DNA from: Macrostomum lignano
Lineage: Eukaryota
DNA: 64,000 nucleotides
NCBI GenBank assembly: GCA_002269645.1
Contig: NIVC01001295.1
Span: 1 to 64,000, forward strand
Direction: 5' to 3'
Part shown: positions 14,001 through 27,400 of the stretch, in pieces
How positions within the stretch are numbered: the stretch's first letter is position 1
Layout of the letters: each line of letters opens with the position of its first letter
Notes under the pieces: model-generated
What the model was told of the DNA's origin: nothing
What the model saw: the letters and a program-made list of their open reading frames with translations, nothing else
The model's database searches: none
Translations under genes and position numbers: made by a program

Positions 14001-17000
14001 GAGTCTTGGTTATGAGAGTCCTTTGTGGGAGCTGAGTGTGATGACAATGGGACCTTGCTTCAATTTTGGTCCCTCTTACAAATAAACCTTTGCAACCTAG
14101 TTGGCCTAAACTGCGATCGATTTGGCCAGCGATAGAAAAGCCATAGACATCGTGTAAAAACACTGCAACCTGTTTGGCCTAAACTGCGATCAGTTTGGCC
14201 AGCGATAGAAAAGCCATAGACATCGTGTAAAAACACTGCAACCTGTTTGGCCTAAACTGCGATCAGTTTGGCCAGCGATAGAAAAGCCATAGACATCGTG
14301 TAAAAACACTGCAACCTGTTTGGCTTAAACTGCGATCAGTTTGGCCAGCGATAGAAAAGCCATAGACATCGTGTAAAACACTGCAACCTGTTTGGCCTAA
14401 ACTGCGATCAGTTTGGCCAGCGATAGAAAAGCCATAGACATCGTGTAAAACACTGCAACCTGTTTGGCCTAAACTGCGATCAGTTTGGCCAGCGATAGAA
14501 AAGCCATAGACATCGTGTAAAAACACTGCAACCTGTTTGGCTTAAACTGCGATCAGTTTGGCCAGCGATAGAAAAGCCATAGACATCGTGTAAAAACACT
14601 GCAACCTGTTTGGCCTAAACTGCGATCAGTTTGGCCAGCGATAGAAAAGCCATAGACATCGTGTAAAAACACTGCAACCTGTTTGGCCTAAACTGCGATC
14701 AGTTTGGCCAGCGATAGAAAAGCCATAGACATCGTGTAAAAACACTGCAACCTGTTTGGCCTAAACTGCGATCAGTTTGGCCAGCGATAGAAAAGCCATA
14801 GACATCGTGTAAAAACACTGCAACCTGTTTGGCCTAAACTGCGATCAATTTGGCCAATGCAATTTTTTTGTTGTATGTCGACTTAAAAGACTGCACCCAC
14901 AACTCACTCCAGAATCTATCCTGCTCAGATAAAGCCACGAAGCTGAAGGACCTGCAGGATGAGAACGAGCGCTTGAAGGAATCGGTAAATGCTGAATCCA
15001 TAAATGTATTATCTGAAATCAACATTTATATTTATCGATTCTTTCGTGCTTTCACCTTCTCAATTCCCCAGCTTGGCAACACGGAGGAGCTGCAGGCCGA
15101 GGTTGTCAGCCTCCGGCAGAAACTGGCCGAGTTCGAATATTTCAAAGCTCGAGTTCAGGTGAGCCAAGAGTGACCCGTCAGAGCCGTTCTCACACCGCTA
15201 AAGCTATTCACGGGCACGAGTATCTATTCATGCCATGCACAGCAATTTAACTAGTGAAGGCATCGGTCTTATCATATCATGAGCTAGTTAGACCCTTCCA
15301 CACTAGCCGTAACTGTTCACGCACCACCCTGATCTAAGCCCATTCACGCACCGATCAAACCTATTCACGCACCGATCAAACCCATTCACACACCGATCAA
15401 ACCAATTTACACACCGATCAAACCCATTCATATACCGACAAAAACCATTCACACACCAACAAAACCTATTCACACACCAACAAAACCTATTCACACACCG
15501 ACAAAACCCATTCACACACCGACAAAAACCATTTACACACCAACAAAACCCATTCACACACCGACAAAACCCATTCACACACCGACAAAAACCATTTACA
15601 CACCAACAAAACCCATTCACACACCGAAAAAACCCATTCACACACCAACAAAACCTATTCACACACCGACAAAACCCATTCACACACCAACAAAACCCAT
15701 TCACACACCGACAAAACCCATTCACACACCGAAAAAACCCATTCACACACCAACAAAACCCATTCCACACCGACAAAACCCGTTCACATACCGGAAAACC
15801 CCATTCACCCAAGCGATCTCCGCCCGCTACCCCAGGAGCTGCGCAGCGAAAACGGCCAGCTGCTGGACGAGCGCCAACAGGCTGAGCAGCGGCTTGCCGC
15901 CATGCGCAGCCAGGCTGAAGCGGCCGCCGAGCGCCTCGCCGACTGCCAGCAGCGCTGCGAGGAGCTCGCGGGACAGCGCGACGCCGCGGCTGAAAAGTCG
16001 ACGGCGACCGCTCGCCGGTTGGCGGCCGAAAATCGGCAGCTGCGGGAGGCGCTGGACGCCCTGGGCGGTGCCGACGCTGCCGCCGCAGCCACTGCAGCTG
16101 CAGCAGCCGCGGCCTCAGCGGCGGGCGATGCGGACGGCACAGCGGGACCGTCGCTGGCCGCCGAGCTGGCCACGGCGGCGCGAATCCGCGACCTGGAGGC
16201 GGAGGTCGATCGACTCCGGGCTGCGGTTGCGTCAGCGGCGCCAGAGTCATCGACGAAATCCAACGAGGATGGCGCCCTGCTAGAGGCAGCCGAGCGCGCT
16301 CTCGAAGAGGCGGGACGGCGCGCCGAGCGGCTGTTGGCCGAGCGGACGGCCGCGGAGTCCATGGCAGCCGACGTGAAGCGCAAGCTGAGCGCCGTTCTGG
16401 AGGAGCGAGCGAAGGCAGAGACGGCGGCTGCCGCCGAAATCGCGGCCGCTCGTGAGGCCACCGCCGACAGCGAGCGGCGGGCGGCGGAGTCAGAGCGCCG
16501 GCTGCAGCAGCTGCTGGCGGAGCGTGCGGAGACGGCGGCGGAGGCGGCGGCGACGGCTGCAGCGGAGGCGGAGACGGAGGTGGTGCTGCAGGCGAGCCAG
16601 GAGCTGGCGAAACACCTCGCCAGGCTGAGCGGGAATAACCGGACTCTGCGGCTGTCCTGCGACAAGCTGAAGGCGGAGCTGGAGCGGCTGGCTGGCGTGG
16701 AGCTCGAGGTTGGAGTCGATCGCTTATTTTTGGCTTCCGACTCATTTGGCACATTTTAAGTTCATTATTTTTCTGCTTTTTCAGGTGTTGAAGCTGCGCT
16801 CGGATCGTGAGGCTGACGGCCGGTTGCTGCGTCGTTTAGAGACGGAAAATCGCCAGTTGAAACGAGCGCTCGATTCGAACAACAGTGCTGCTGCCGCTGC
16901 TGCTTGCCTGCCGCTGACTTCAAAGTCGGTGTCGGAAACTTTAGAGTCGGCGTCGGCAAATTCAAAGTCGGCGTCTGCAACTTCAAAGTCGGCATCGACA

Positions 17001-17204
17001 GCTTTTAAGTCGGCGTCGGCAAATTCAAAGCCGGCGTCGGCAACTTCAAAGTCGGCATCGGCAACTTTAAAGTCAGCATCGGCAAATTCAAAGTCGGCAT
17101 CAGCAACTTCAAAGTCGGCATCAGCAACTTTAAAGTCAGCATCGGCAACTTCAAAGCCAGTGTTGGTAGCTGCAAGGAACGGTACCAGAATGCCCGCTGG
17201 TTAG
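11079..17204 (+). CDS. CCDC88: CCDC88 (Girdin/Daple)-like Hook-family coiled-coil protein, ~780 aa, 11 exons
   Basis: Exons 11079-11129, 11210-11295, 11377-11482, 11571-11643, 11738-11880, 11972-12058, 13478-13822, 14913-14984, 15072-15158, 15836-16708, 16785-17204; all GT-AG and phase-consistent (2343 nt). Hook domain: FASLFSWIETF...HQIDSRP...VHNSSALAVQLLTCYMDCLNQ...EMRKILLLVLGLVIQSDRKDDFI. Girdin-like FEYFKARVQELRSEN (cf. IEFYKARVEELKEDN). An acceptor precedes the ATG, so a further 5' exon exists. The C-terminus is uncertain. Confidence 0.88.
12135..13388. repeat. 27-bp minisatellite (~46 copies) filling CCDC88-like intron 6
   Basis: Unit CCATTGAGCCTTGGCATCTCAGC(C/A)TCC with recurring variant blocks. 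It explains the MPRLNGEAE/MGRLRCQGS shadow ORFs. Confidence 0.97.
13853..14010. repeat. 35-bp minisatellite (~4.4 copies) in CCDC88-like intron 7
   Basis: Unit GAGCTGAGAGTCTTGGTGTTGAGACTTCTCAGTAG. Confidence 0.92.
14090..14855. repeat. 72-73-bp minisatellite (~10.5 copies) in CCDC88-like intron 7
   Basis: Unit TGCAACCTGTTTGGCCTAAACTGCGATCAGTTTGGCCAGCGATAGAAAAGCCATAGACATCGTGTAAAAACAC. Confidence 0.96.
15320..15800. repeat. 21-bp minisatellite (~22 copies) in CCDC88-like intron 9
   Basis: Unit ACCCATTCACACACC(G/A)ACAAA. Confidence 0.93.
16918..17158 (+). repeat. 21-bp repeat in the CCDC88-like last exon, encoding ~11 heptads (T/N)SKSASA
   Basis: TCAAAGTCGGC(A/G)TC(G/A)GCAA(C/A)T units, in frame with the exon. 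Confidence 0.85.
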
Positions 17205-18492
17205 CATGTCTCGGGTTTCAACAAGTCCTCCAAAGTGAGTGAGATTGAACCCTAGTATTAGTCTAATAAAACTAATCGACTGTAGCCTCTGCCAATCTAA
17301 TCAGACTAATTGTTAAAACTTATATTTAATTTAGCCATGCTTTCGTCGTGCCTAACAATCGCAGGTTATCGTAACAGTCAAATTATCGCATTGACCAAAC
17401 TGTTTGATTAAATGCACAACTGAGCTAATTTTGTCTTATTTAGGTAGCAAAGCGCGATATTTGATATTTTATCGCATTCTTTATTGTTTCAACTGTCAAA
17501 TCCTGCTCACTTCAATCAGATGAATTGCATTCCTACACTCATATCCTGATTTTACGAGCGTAATATTCTTGTTTTATTTTACTAAACTAATCTGGCCTGA
17601 TAAAATGATTTTCTGATCTGAAACCCCAACCTGCCCGGTTGCATTTTCTGCCAACACAATTAGCTTTATATTTCAAGTGTATAGATTGCTACTTGAGAAC
17701 TCGTTTTGCATGCTAACGTTTTTAAGTATTTTTTAAAATCAGTGTACATGTAGGTGCCCTTCATGTATGTTACGTAGCTTTTCTCAGACTAACCGCTAAC
17801 TTTCGCCGTTTTGGCCATTAGTTGATGAGTTTTATTAAATCTCCAAACATATTTTATCCTTGTACATCGATTGTCTTTGTAACACGCATATTTAGCCGAA
17901 TTATGCTGTTTCATTTTTAAAATGTAACGAAAAAAATTGATATTAAATATACGATTATGTATACACCCTGCAGTTTTTACCAATGAAGCCAGTTATGCTG
18001 ACAGTGACATTTAACTGAATTGTGTCAAAACCCGGTTGCTCCATAATTTTTTTAGAACATTTTTAAATAAGCGAACAGCAGTGATAAAGTATGTGCTCCG
18101 GTGCCTGTTTATGTGCTCATGTACTCGTAGATATTTTAGCTCTACATGCACTACATTCAGGCCTAAGTGTACAGACAAGTTTACTCTTGTATGGAATTTC
18201 CATAGCAACTTCCTGCTGAGTATTTCTGAGATATTGACTTGCATCAAGAAACAATTTTTTTTCAAAACCAAATTAAAAAAATAATTACCTGACAACTTAA
18301 AAACAGACTCCAGTTAAGAAAAATTAACCGCGAATTAAAATTTACTTGTCTCTTTCCAGGCTTCTTTTTTATAGGTGCTTTTAATATTACAAATCTTATT
18401 TTCAGCAGGAATTTGTTCAAAAGCAAAATCAAGAATTGATAGGTCTAAACAGTGAGCGAAGAAAAAATCTCCGAGGACAACTGTAGTGAATC

Positions 18493-18939
18493 AGTTCCTA
18501 GTCATTTCGTCATCTGCCTTTTCGTCATCTGGGTGTCTGGGGTGCTCACCTCGACTATGGTCACTTCGTCATCTTAATTAACATGCACTTCCTGAAGAGA
18601 GTCATTTCGTCATCCACCAATTTTATTAGTTCCAACTTCAAGTGAATTAATGTGGAAATCAAACATATTTACTTGGAATCCTAATGATCCCAGTCATTTT
18701 GTCTTCTCGATTGATAAAACCTGTCGATCGATCGGTTCTGCTTGCCACAGCTTATAGTCATTAAACAAAAAATAGTTTACACTAACTCGAATCACCCACA
18801 GATTGATTGGTTGATGACGAAGTATCCAGCATAATTAAATATTTGGTCACTTCGTCATATTATTTTTCAAGCTACTTTGCTTCTGGTCACTTCGTCTTCC
18901 GATATGACGAAATGGAAAATGACGATCTGACCAGTGACC
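18493..18939. mobile_element. Degenerate MITE (447 bp), possibly Mutator-like
   Basis: 8-bp direct repeat AGTGAATC flanks it (18485-18492, 18940-18947). The ~37-bp imperfect TIR matches 27/37 when aligned by hand. Many GTCA(T/C)TTCGTCAT / ATGACGAA motifs inside. Superfamily assignment is inference. Confidence 0.65.
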
Positions 18940-19591
18940 AGTGAATCGATCGCGTACAGTGTTCCTAGAAACAAAGCGCGCTGATTTAAAATTTTTCAGG
19001 GTTACCCACGTGCGCTGCACGCACGCACGCGTCGTGTAGCACAAACAGGACTTTGTGACGCAGATTTAATAACTTGCAATTTTTTAAGCATCTAATTTGC
19101 AGGTCTCTATTTCTTGGTATATTAATCTAAAGAATTACTTTCACTGAACTAAGCATTTTTTAAATGCATCCACAATTGGTCATTGGTGCCTATCACTATC
19201 AGTATCAGGCTATTAGCCGATGTTAATGTAAGGGAAATTGCTATCATGTCATGCCACTATTCTATTTTATACAATTTTTTAAACTTAATTAATGAGATTT
19301 AAAGATTTTTCAATGATGTATGTGTTCTTGTACTCTGTCACATTGCTATCAGCCTAACATAGTACTAGCCTAGATATAATTATTATTAGGTAAAAAAATT
19401 GTCAATTATTTGGGCCAAAGATTAGATTACCAAATTATCACTAAGCCTATTTAGTATTCATTTTTGCTGTTTAATATTTAAAGCATTGCATTTAAGCCAT
19501 TCCATTTAGATTATTTAATTTTTTAATTAAGTATTAGAAATTAAGGACAAGTGTAAATATACTTTTATCTTTAAAAAATGCTAGGCCTAGT

Positions 19592-20029
19592 CCATAATCA
19601 GGAAGGTGCGCCGTGTGTGTCCCAACAAATCAAATCCTTCGTAATTTTTTTAACTGTGTGCCGTGCGTCAAAAAATTTATGTATTTACATATATAATTTT
19701 ATGTGTTTTTTAATTTTTTTGTTTTGAGTTTAAAAAAACAATGATTGTTGTAATCTTTTTTCAGGTACACATGTAATGTTACTGTAATTTAAAAAACCTT
19801 GTGCCATTTTAAATTTAAAAAGGCAAGTTTGTTATTGTGTTTTATCTTTTACATATGAACTAAGAAGTTAATATAGTATAGACCATACCAGGTAAGACAC
19901 TTTGTACATTTTATGTGCATACACGGCGCACAATAAATTTTCTTCTGTGCCATTTGTGCCATGTGCGCCAAAAAAATCCTCTGTGTGCGCCACAATTTTG
20001 CATGAAATCTACCACCTTCCTGACTGTGG
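19592..20029. mobile_element. MITE (438 bp) with an 8-bp TSD (hAT/P-type)
   Basis: TIR CCATAATCAGGAAGGTG vs reverse complement of the right end CCACAGTCAGGAAGGTG (15/17). Perfect TSD GGCCTAGT (19584-19591, 20030-20037). Subterminal TGTGCC/TGTGCG motifs. Confidence 0.85.
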
Positions 20030-23000
20030 GGCCTAGTCTATGCTTTCAAATTCAAAGATAATATTTTAGGAGACTTTTATATGTGTTACAGGCCTTTTGG
20101 CTCTCTATAAGAATTTCACCGTTATGCCACCAAAGTTGTACTAGGTGTGTTTCCTGTGCACTGAGAATCCTACTAAATGCCACCAAAGTTGTAACAGGGG
20201 TGATTCTTTCTTCTTAATAATAATTTCACACTGTCACCAAAAGCTATCACAGGGCTAATTTACTAATCTCTTAAGTGTTCTTCTTAGGTTGGTAGCTGCC
20301 ACCAGGATTATCCTATTAATAAATTATGAGTTTATCAATCTTAGAATAATCCGAGAAATGTTTCTTAGAATAGGTCTGAGTATTTAGTCTGAGTATTTAG
20401 TCTGAGTATTTAGTCTGAGTATTATTCTTAGAAAAACTGTTAGCCCTGAAAGATTTTACTCTTCTGATTATTCTGGTAGTGTTCTATTTAATAATGGCCT
20501 GAGCGGTATTTTGTCTTACTGGTATATGTATTTCATGTACTTTGCAAGTCCTTGGGCGTTACCGAGATCAGAGGGTCATAGCCTCCGTTATTCTTACACG
20601 TATTACTTCAGATCTACTTCGCAACTTCTTACTACTCAACACTTTCCTTCTCAGTAGTATATACGGTACACACTTCTGTCTACTTCACTCTTACTTCTTA
20701 AAAGGAATTAACACAGAAAACACTTCTTCAATTCTTATTTTCTTGGAACTCTTACTATTAGCTATCAACTGTTTTATTATTGAACCGCGATGCGCGAGGT
20801 TGCTTCTTCCTCCGCCAAAATTGCTTCTATTTATACTATTTTACTCGTAGATTTAAAACAAAAATTATATTTGTAAAATATTATGAGAAAATCGTACAGT
20901 ATAACAAACTATTTACTTAGCATTTAGGCACGAATTTAAAAACATTATTACTCATACAATTATAGATCGCCCTGCACATATGTAATAAAGCCATAGATAG
21001 ATGGTCAATATTATATAATATTACAATATTATTATAATATGCAATAATAAAAACCTAAGGACAATAAAATATTTGCCTTTTTATAATACATCTATATGGT
21101 AATAGCCTCTATATTCAACTTGATCTATCTATTGAATCCTCTCTATTATATGATATATCCATAAAACTTCCTATTCTTTATTTTAGCTGTTGAATTTTAG
21201 TCTAGTCTATTAAGAATATTTAGAACATAAAAATATTAGGTAATTTGAAATAGGGTAGAAGTTTCTATATATATAATTCAAATATGATCTAACTTTTTGT
21301 GTTGTGTATAGGGCTAAAAATTCTTTGATATTATAGTCCTATATATTATCCTATATTAAAGTATATTATCCTATATCCTATATATTATAGGACTATAGCC
21401 AAATATAGGCATTAGCTATATGCTTAAATAAATTTCTTGACTATTATGGACTAGAGGGGCCTATAATAGGTTTAGAACAAAATTTATCTATGCTTTAGTA
21501 ATAGTAGAGCCCTTTCTGTGAATATTTTTTCTTAAAATATATTGTGCTATAGAATACATGTTCTAGTCTACTCAATAAATTAAGTAAAAAATATACTATA
21601 TTTCTAATAGATCTAAAATTGATCATTGACCTAGATGCCTATCAACAAACCATCTTTAATGTATAAATTTATGTTTTCCTTCAAAATTGTCTCAGTTTAC
21701 ATCTTATATTCATTATAGGTATAGATTTTAAGTGAATTATAAATAATCAGTATCTATCTTTAGTTCTAAAAGTCTTTTGTTTGACATTTAATAAAATTAT
21801 AGGATATAAAAACAATCAATTGGATATAATATAGAACCAATATTTTATCAGAATAAACAAAACAAGTTTATAAATATTGTATATTAACATTTTAAATTTG
21901 TAATAAAGTTTCTTTTATATAGTTTTGTTTTATCTATCTTGCTTTTTCTTTTCTAGTGTAAAGATGTATTGTATTATATAAGACTTGTAGTTTAGTTATA
22001 TGCCTATTTTTATTATATTAAAAGATTAGCATATTTTTTGTAGGAGGCTTTGCCAGTATTGCTGCAAGTTGGAGTAATAATCAACCTACATCTAATGGAG
22101 ACAATCTATTTTGCCTATTCTACTGACTTCTAGATATGCAAATATATATACAATAGGAATTTTAGTATATAGGATATACTTAGGGTGTACATGGTATAGA
22201 AGCCTTGACTTTTTTGTTCTAAAATCATAAAATCTGTGTAGACTATATCAAAACAGCTAATAAATAGAATTAAATCTAGACAAAAAGTACAAAAAATATA
22301 CAAAAGACCTATACCTATGGTGCACCCACCCTGTGTGTTAACAATATCCAAAGAATGAAATGATTGGTTTAGCCAATCTTTTTATAATTGTTTTTTTCTA
22401 ATTTTGCCATCATGTAATTTCACCTGCAAGTAAATATTTGTTTCTCTTCACGTTGCTATTTTACATCCCTACTTTTAGTAGCCAAGTGCATTTTTTAAGT
22501 CTAAAGTATTCTTGTCTGTCTAATTCGACATACTAAAAGCAAGTCTTGTTGGCAATAGTTTTATATACTTTGTTTGCCTGATGCTTGACAACTTGACATT
22601 GCTTTGTGTAGAAAAGTGTATATAATTGTATATTTCTGTGGTGACATCCACATAATGCCGATCCACATCCAAATTTCAAGGCAGTGGCAAAATTCGTTAT
22701 CATGTCATGCATAGAATCAATTTTTTGTGTAAAAACCCATGCGGCTTATAATTCCATTCGGGGATGCAGCCAGGCAGCTAATAAGAAAGGAATGCAGCTC
22801 CCTGTTTCTCCTAATGCATAATTAGTGCATCGCCCTCTGCATCTGCGAGTGCTACGATAAGAAAAATAGGCGGCCTTGTCACACAGACTCTGTCGAACTG
22901 TGCGGGTTTTGAATTTCACTACACTGTCTGCTGCCCTCGGCGTCATTCGAATGAGGCCCGGCCTCTGTGCTGGCTGGCTCATTGCAGGCCGAGCCTCAAG

Positions 23001-24450
23001 AAATTGACTTGAATTAAGAAATCCAGACAGAACCCGCCCGCTCCTGATACTGGATAGAGAGATGCAGAGCGGCTGCGCGAATCGCAATTTGATCTGGCAG
23101 CAAAGCAAATCATTTTTTGGGCCACTACAGCCGACCTGGCAGTTTTCTCACTTGCGAAAATCCCGCTGGAAATTCCGATTGCTTCAATTTGCCAGCCGAA
23201 ATCCTTTGCCAACTGGATTTTCTCCCTCGTTTGACTGGCTGCTGTCTGGCCCCTTGCATCTGATTTTCCACCACTGTGCGCCCGTTTCTGTCTATGATGA
23301 GACGGCAGTGAGCGCGCAGCCTCCTAGCGCCGCTTGGCATCGGCTTTGGCAACTTTGCCATCTTCCTGGCGTTCGGCCCTCTTCCCCTTCGCGGGCATAA
23401 AGTTTGCCTCGTTCGACCAGTGGCCGAGGTTTTTTTCCTGTTTGCCACTCTCTCCCATCTGCTTTCCTAATTAGGGCTGTCATTAGAGTGCCTATGCTCA
23501 CAAGCCCCTTAGCGTCTATTCGGTCTCATCTTGTAGGTCTTTAGCTGCTATCTTAGTAGAGGAAATGCTCTTAGTACAGCGTATGTTCGACTTAATGCTT
23601 GACTTGGATTAAAAATGCTTGGCTGCAGTCTGCCTTTGTATTATGTTTTGGCCTCGCTAAACCTATATCTGGGGGAAAAGAAAATAAAAGGACAAACTTT
23701 CTGTGACGTTAATGCTAGATAAAGATATATGTGGGAAAGTTCAGAGAAATCATAACAATGATTGCACCCAGTGCCGTCTGCATCCCTCAAAGGATTTCAA
23801 CATCTTTCCTAAAACCGGCTATCCAAAAAATCCCAGCTTTTTCCTCATTGGACCGGTGAGAAAGGCTAAGTTATCCCATCGCAGCGTATCTTCTTCTCCC
23901 ACGCCACACCCTTCCAATCCGTTTGCGTTTCTCCCCTGTACCCTGTAATCCCCATAGGCTCATATTTTCCCCATCGACAAGCAGGGTCTTCGTTCTGTCC
24001 TGTGTTTTTGGCCTTTTCTGGCCCATGTACTAGAGAGAAGTGCCAGTCTTAGCAAGTTAGCAGCGACCAGCTGGTTTGGCTACCAGACCGCGGCTGTTTT
24101 AAAGCGTTTCATTCGACGAGACACGTGCAGTGGAACAGATTGCCGCGGCCTCTGCCTGCCTTAGGGAAGCCGAGGGCTCAGTCTGCTGCAGTTTTCGCTA
24201 CATCCGCTGCTCCAATCCTGGATTCTGGACCTGACCATCCAGCTGCCACATGACTGCCGGTCTCGCCTCCTCTGGGGCCAGGCGGCTATCGACTCAGTTA
24301 TTATCGGCTCCGCTCTGCCCTCTGCGGGTAGCATTTCATTAGACGCGTTGCATTGGCCCTTAAGGGTCAGAGATCTGCGCTAATCCCCCCAGACACTGAC
24401 TACGATCGACTCCGAGCTCCAGTATTGTTTGATCTCATCCGACGCGCTGA

Positions 24451-27400
24451 ATGTCTGAGACGGGCGGTCCGGAATCCTCGGCCCAATCTGATCCTCTCGG
24501 CCAATTGAATCCTGATGAGAGGCTGGTGATCGCCGCTCTTAGCCAGGAGCTGCACGAATTGGCTGCCTCTTACAGCGATCTGTTGCACAACGCGCCTGGC
24601 GCATTTCTCATTCTCACCAGACGTCTGCGCCTTCTGCGCTCTACTATCGAGACCCGACTCGAGTTCATCCAGTTGAATCCCAACCACGAGCGCCTTAATC
24701 GTCTCTCATTCTATCGTTCGAGTCTGCTGCAGCTCGGCTCGCAAGTGCTCAGTCTGTCTGAGGCCATCAATCGCGAGTTACAAGCTGTCAACAGCCAGAA
24801 GAAGCTGAGTGAAAAGACTCAGGAAACGCTTCTACCCGGTACGCACCGGCTCAGTAAGTCGTTATCGCGCAACAGCTACAGCGAGTCCGACTTGAACGAT
24901 CCGAAGCGACTGCTGTCAGCCTCTACCGGGCCGAAGGACACATCTAACAGTAGCGGTACCACCAATAGTGATTTCAGAAAAAGCTACAGCTCGCCACGCT
25001 CTCTAGATTGCTATTCGAGCTTGTCGGAAACCTATGAGAATTTCGTGCTAAATAATATCACCGTTGATACGGTAAGAATATCATACGCCTCTTCACCTTC
25101 CAGTAGCGGCTCTCAAATTACCAGCACCGACGGTAGCGTTAGCGGCGTAACTCCCAGCTCCAATCTGGACACGTCATCGCCTGCTTTGGCATCGACCTCC
25201 GAGGACTTCGAGCGAGGCCCTATAGGTATGCAGGAATTTTACATCAGTCCAAACACTACGTTCTATCAGATGGAGAGTCCGTCGGCCAGCATGACCGTGC
25301 CCTCCGCTGATTTTGGTGAAACAAAGGCATTCTCAACCAAACCCGCGCCGCCTAAAGTGCGAATCAATCGCAAGCAATTTCTGCCGGCCTCAGTTGACCC
25401 GCAGCCATATATTGACAGCTCAGCTAGCAATAGAAGCTCAAGAAGTTGTGCCGCTGCTACCCTTCAGCAAGGAAGCACTCAAAGTGGCCAGACTTTGTAC
25501 AGTCTTCCTGCCGAGCCAGGCAGTTCAGCATCTGGGGTGAAAAGGGCGCCAGAAGAGAGTGCATCCGAAGCCCTTTATGATTGCATTGGCGGAACTGATG
25601 ACTATGAGCCAATTCTGAGGAATAGAGTATTTGGAAAGCCAAGAGCACACCCTCCTTATCAACTGAAGCATCAACTTAGTGAGGAATCGGGCGTCAGACC
25701 TGTCTGGGATCTGTCAGAAGGCAATTTGTCTTCCTCTTTTGAGCGAACGCTGCTTCATACTGAACCGGCTGTGCGGGAGCACAGAAAAGCGATGCTAAAG
25801 CCTGGCCACTTGCGAAAAGGCATGCAGCAAGACCGGCCGCCATTGGGATCAGTGAGCAAGAGTGGAAGAGATAACCTGTCTGAACCGAACACTCCTATGC
25901 AAGATAAGATCCTGGTGCACTCATCCGCTGCTCCTATCAAGCTTCAAAACTCAGAGGAGCGCATTCTGCTAGGAGCCAGCAGTAACAGCGATTCTTCAGC
26001 GAGAAATGTCCGTGATTCTCCGGATATTCTGGCATCTTCCAAAACTAAACAGATTTCTTCACGACAAGCTATGATTCCTGGGTCCCTTAATTCCAGCATC
26101 CAGGTTTTGTCTTCTATTAAGGGTTTGTTAAAACAAGATTTGGCCAAGCGTGTTCACGAGGCTATCGTTTTTACGTCGGAGCGTAAGCAAGAAATCAAGG
26201 CATTGACTGCTGCTCTGCCCATCTATTCGTGTGTCAAAGGCTCAGCTAGGTTAGTCCAGTTGCATCCAATCGATCTCCAGTTTGATAACTCTGAATGTGA
26301 GAGCTCAGAATACGACAACGCTTTTCAAAATGATCCAAACGGTCGATCTGTAATGTCAGAGAGTGCAGTCAGCGCCTCGTCTGTCAGCATGGACTATTAT
26401 CTACCTCCCGATGATACAAGCGCCACAGGAGATTCCGCTAATGCTGCAGTCTTACTGGCCGCTGGTCCTTTGCAAAATGATCCTTTGCCAGAATCAAAAG
26501 TGATAAAAAATGGATTCGTTAATAAGCTCAGTGGAAAATTCAAAGTTTGGAAACGTTTCTGGTGCATATTGACGACTCAAAGCCTGTTGTTCTACCCAGC
26601 AAAGCCTGGTGCAAAGCAGAAGGCCCAACTATGCGTCTCTCTAGAAGACATTGAGTTAGTAAACCGGTCTAGTCTGCACGATTATGGCATTGACCTAAAA
26701 GTAAAAGGATCCGAAAAGTCATTGTACTTGAGTTGCGACTCCACAAGCGAGAGGTCACTCTGGTATTATGCGATGATCGGTGCTATTAAGCGTCACAGCT
26801 CTGAACTAATCGTGCAAAGGAATTCCGGTCAGTTGCTGCACAAGGGGTGGCTAAAACGAGTCAAGTGCGGAAATAGTAAAAAGTTTTACTGTCGATTGTA
26901 TGGTCACTTCTTGGTGTACTACAAGCGTCACAATGATTCCGTACCGACGGGAAATAAAGATTTATCTAACAGCATTATTTACGAGGTAAGTGGTGGCAGC
27001 TCCTCTGAAAGTGATGGAGACTACAGCGAAGTTAACTCTCATTGCCGGACTTTGCTATTCGAGCAAAAGAAAAGGAACCAGTATATTTCATTTGCTCTGA
27101 TGAATCCGAATTCATTAAGTGGAGGCATCTTTTGACGCAGATTGGGAGTCGAATCGAACCAAAAGTTATTGCCGAGCCGCCTTCTGTTCCTAAAACGCCG
27201 ACACCAAAGTCGAGCCGCAAGGTGATGCCAAGAAGGCAGTCTTGGCTAAGCTCACCGTTTTCAAACCATCTTGCGCTCTTGATCAGCGACGAGTTTTATG
27301 GGAATTTTTGTCACTCAGACCAGCCGATTGAAGCTCCAGTTTCAAAGCTCCCATCTGATTTAAACAACTCGGCGATTCTACTGTTTCATCTCATTTTACT

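Noticed and set aside
15303-16754. 483-aa and 315-aa minus-strand ORFs
   Set aside because: Antisense shadows of a GC-rich coiled-coil exon plus an intronic repeat.
20084-20906. Possible solo LTR (TGTTA...TAACA ends; TATA and AATAAA on the minus strand)
   Set aside because: No target-site duplication at either candidate boundary and no PBS or PPT.
26986-27074. Small intron explaining the PLEKHH frameshift
   Set aside because: The 41-nt option meets an in-frame TAA. The 89-nt option needs a purine-rich acceptor and deletes conserved PH2 residues.
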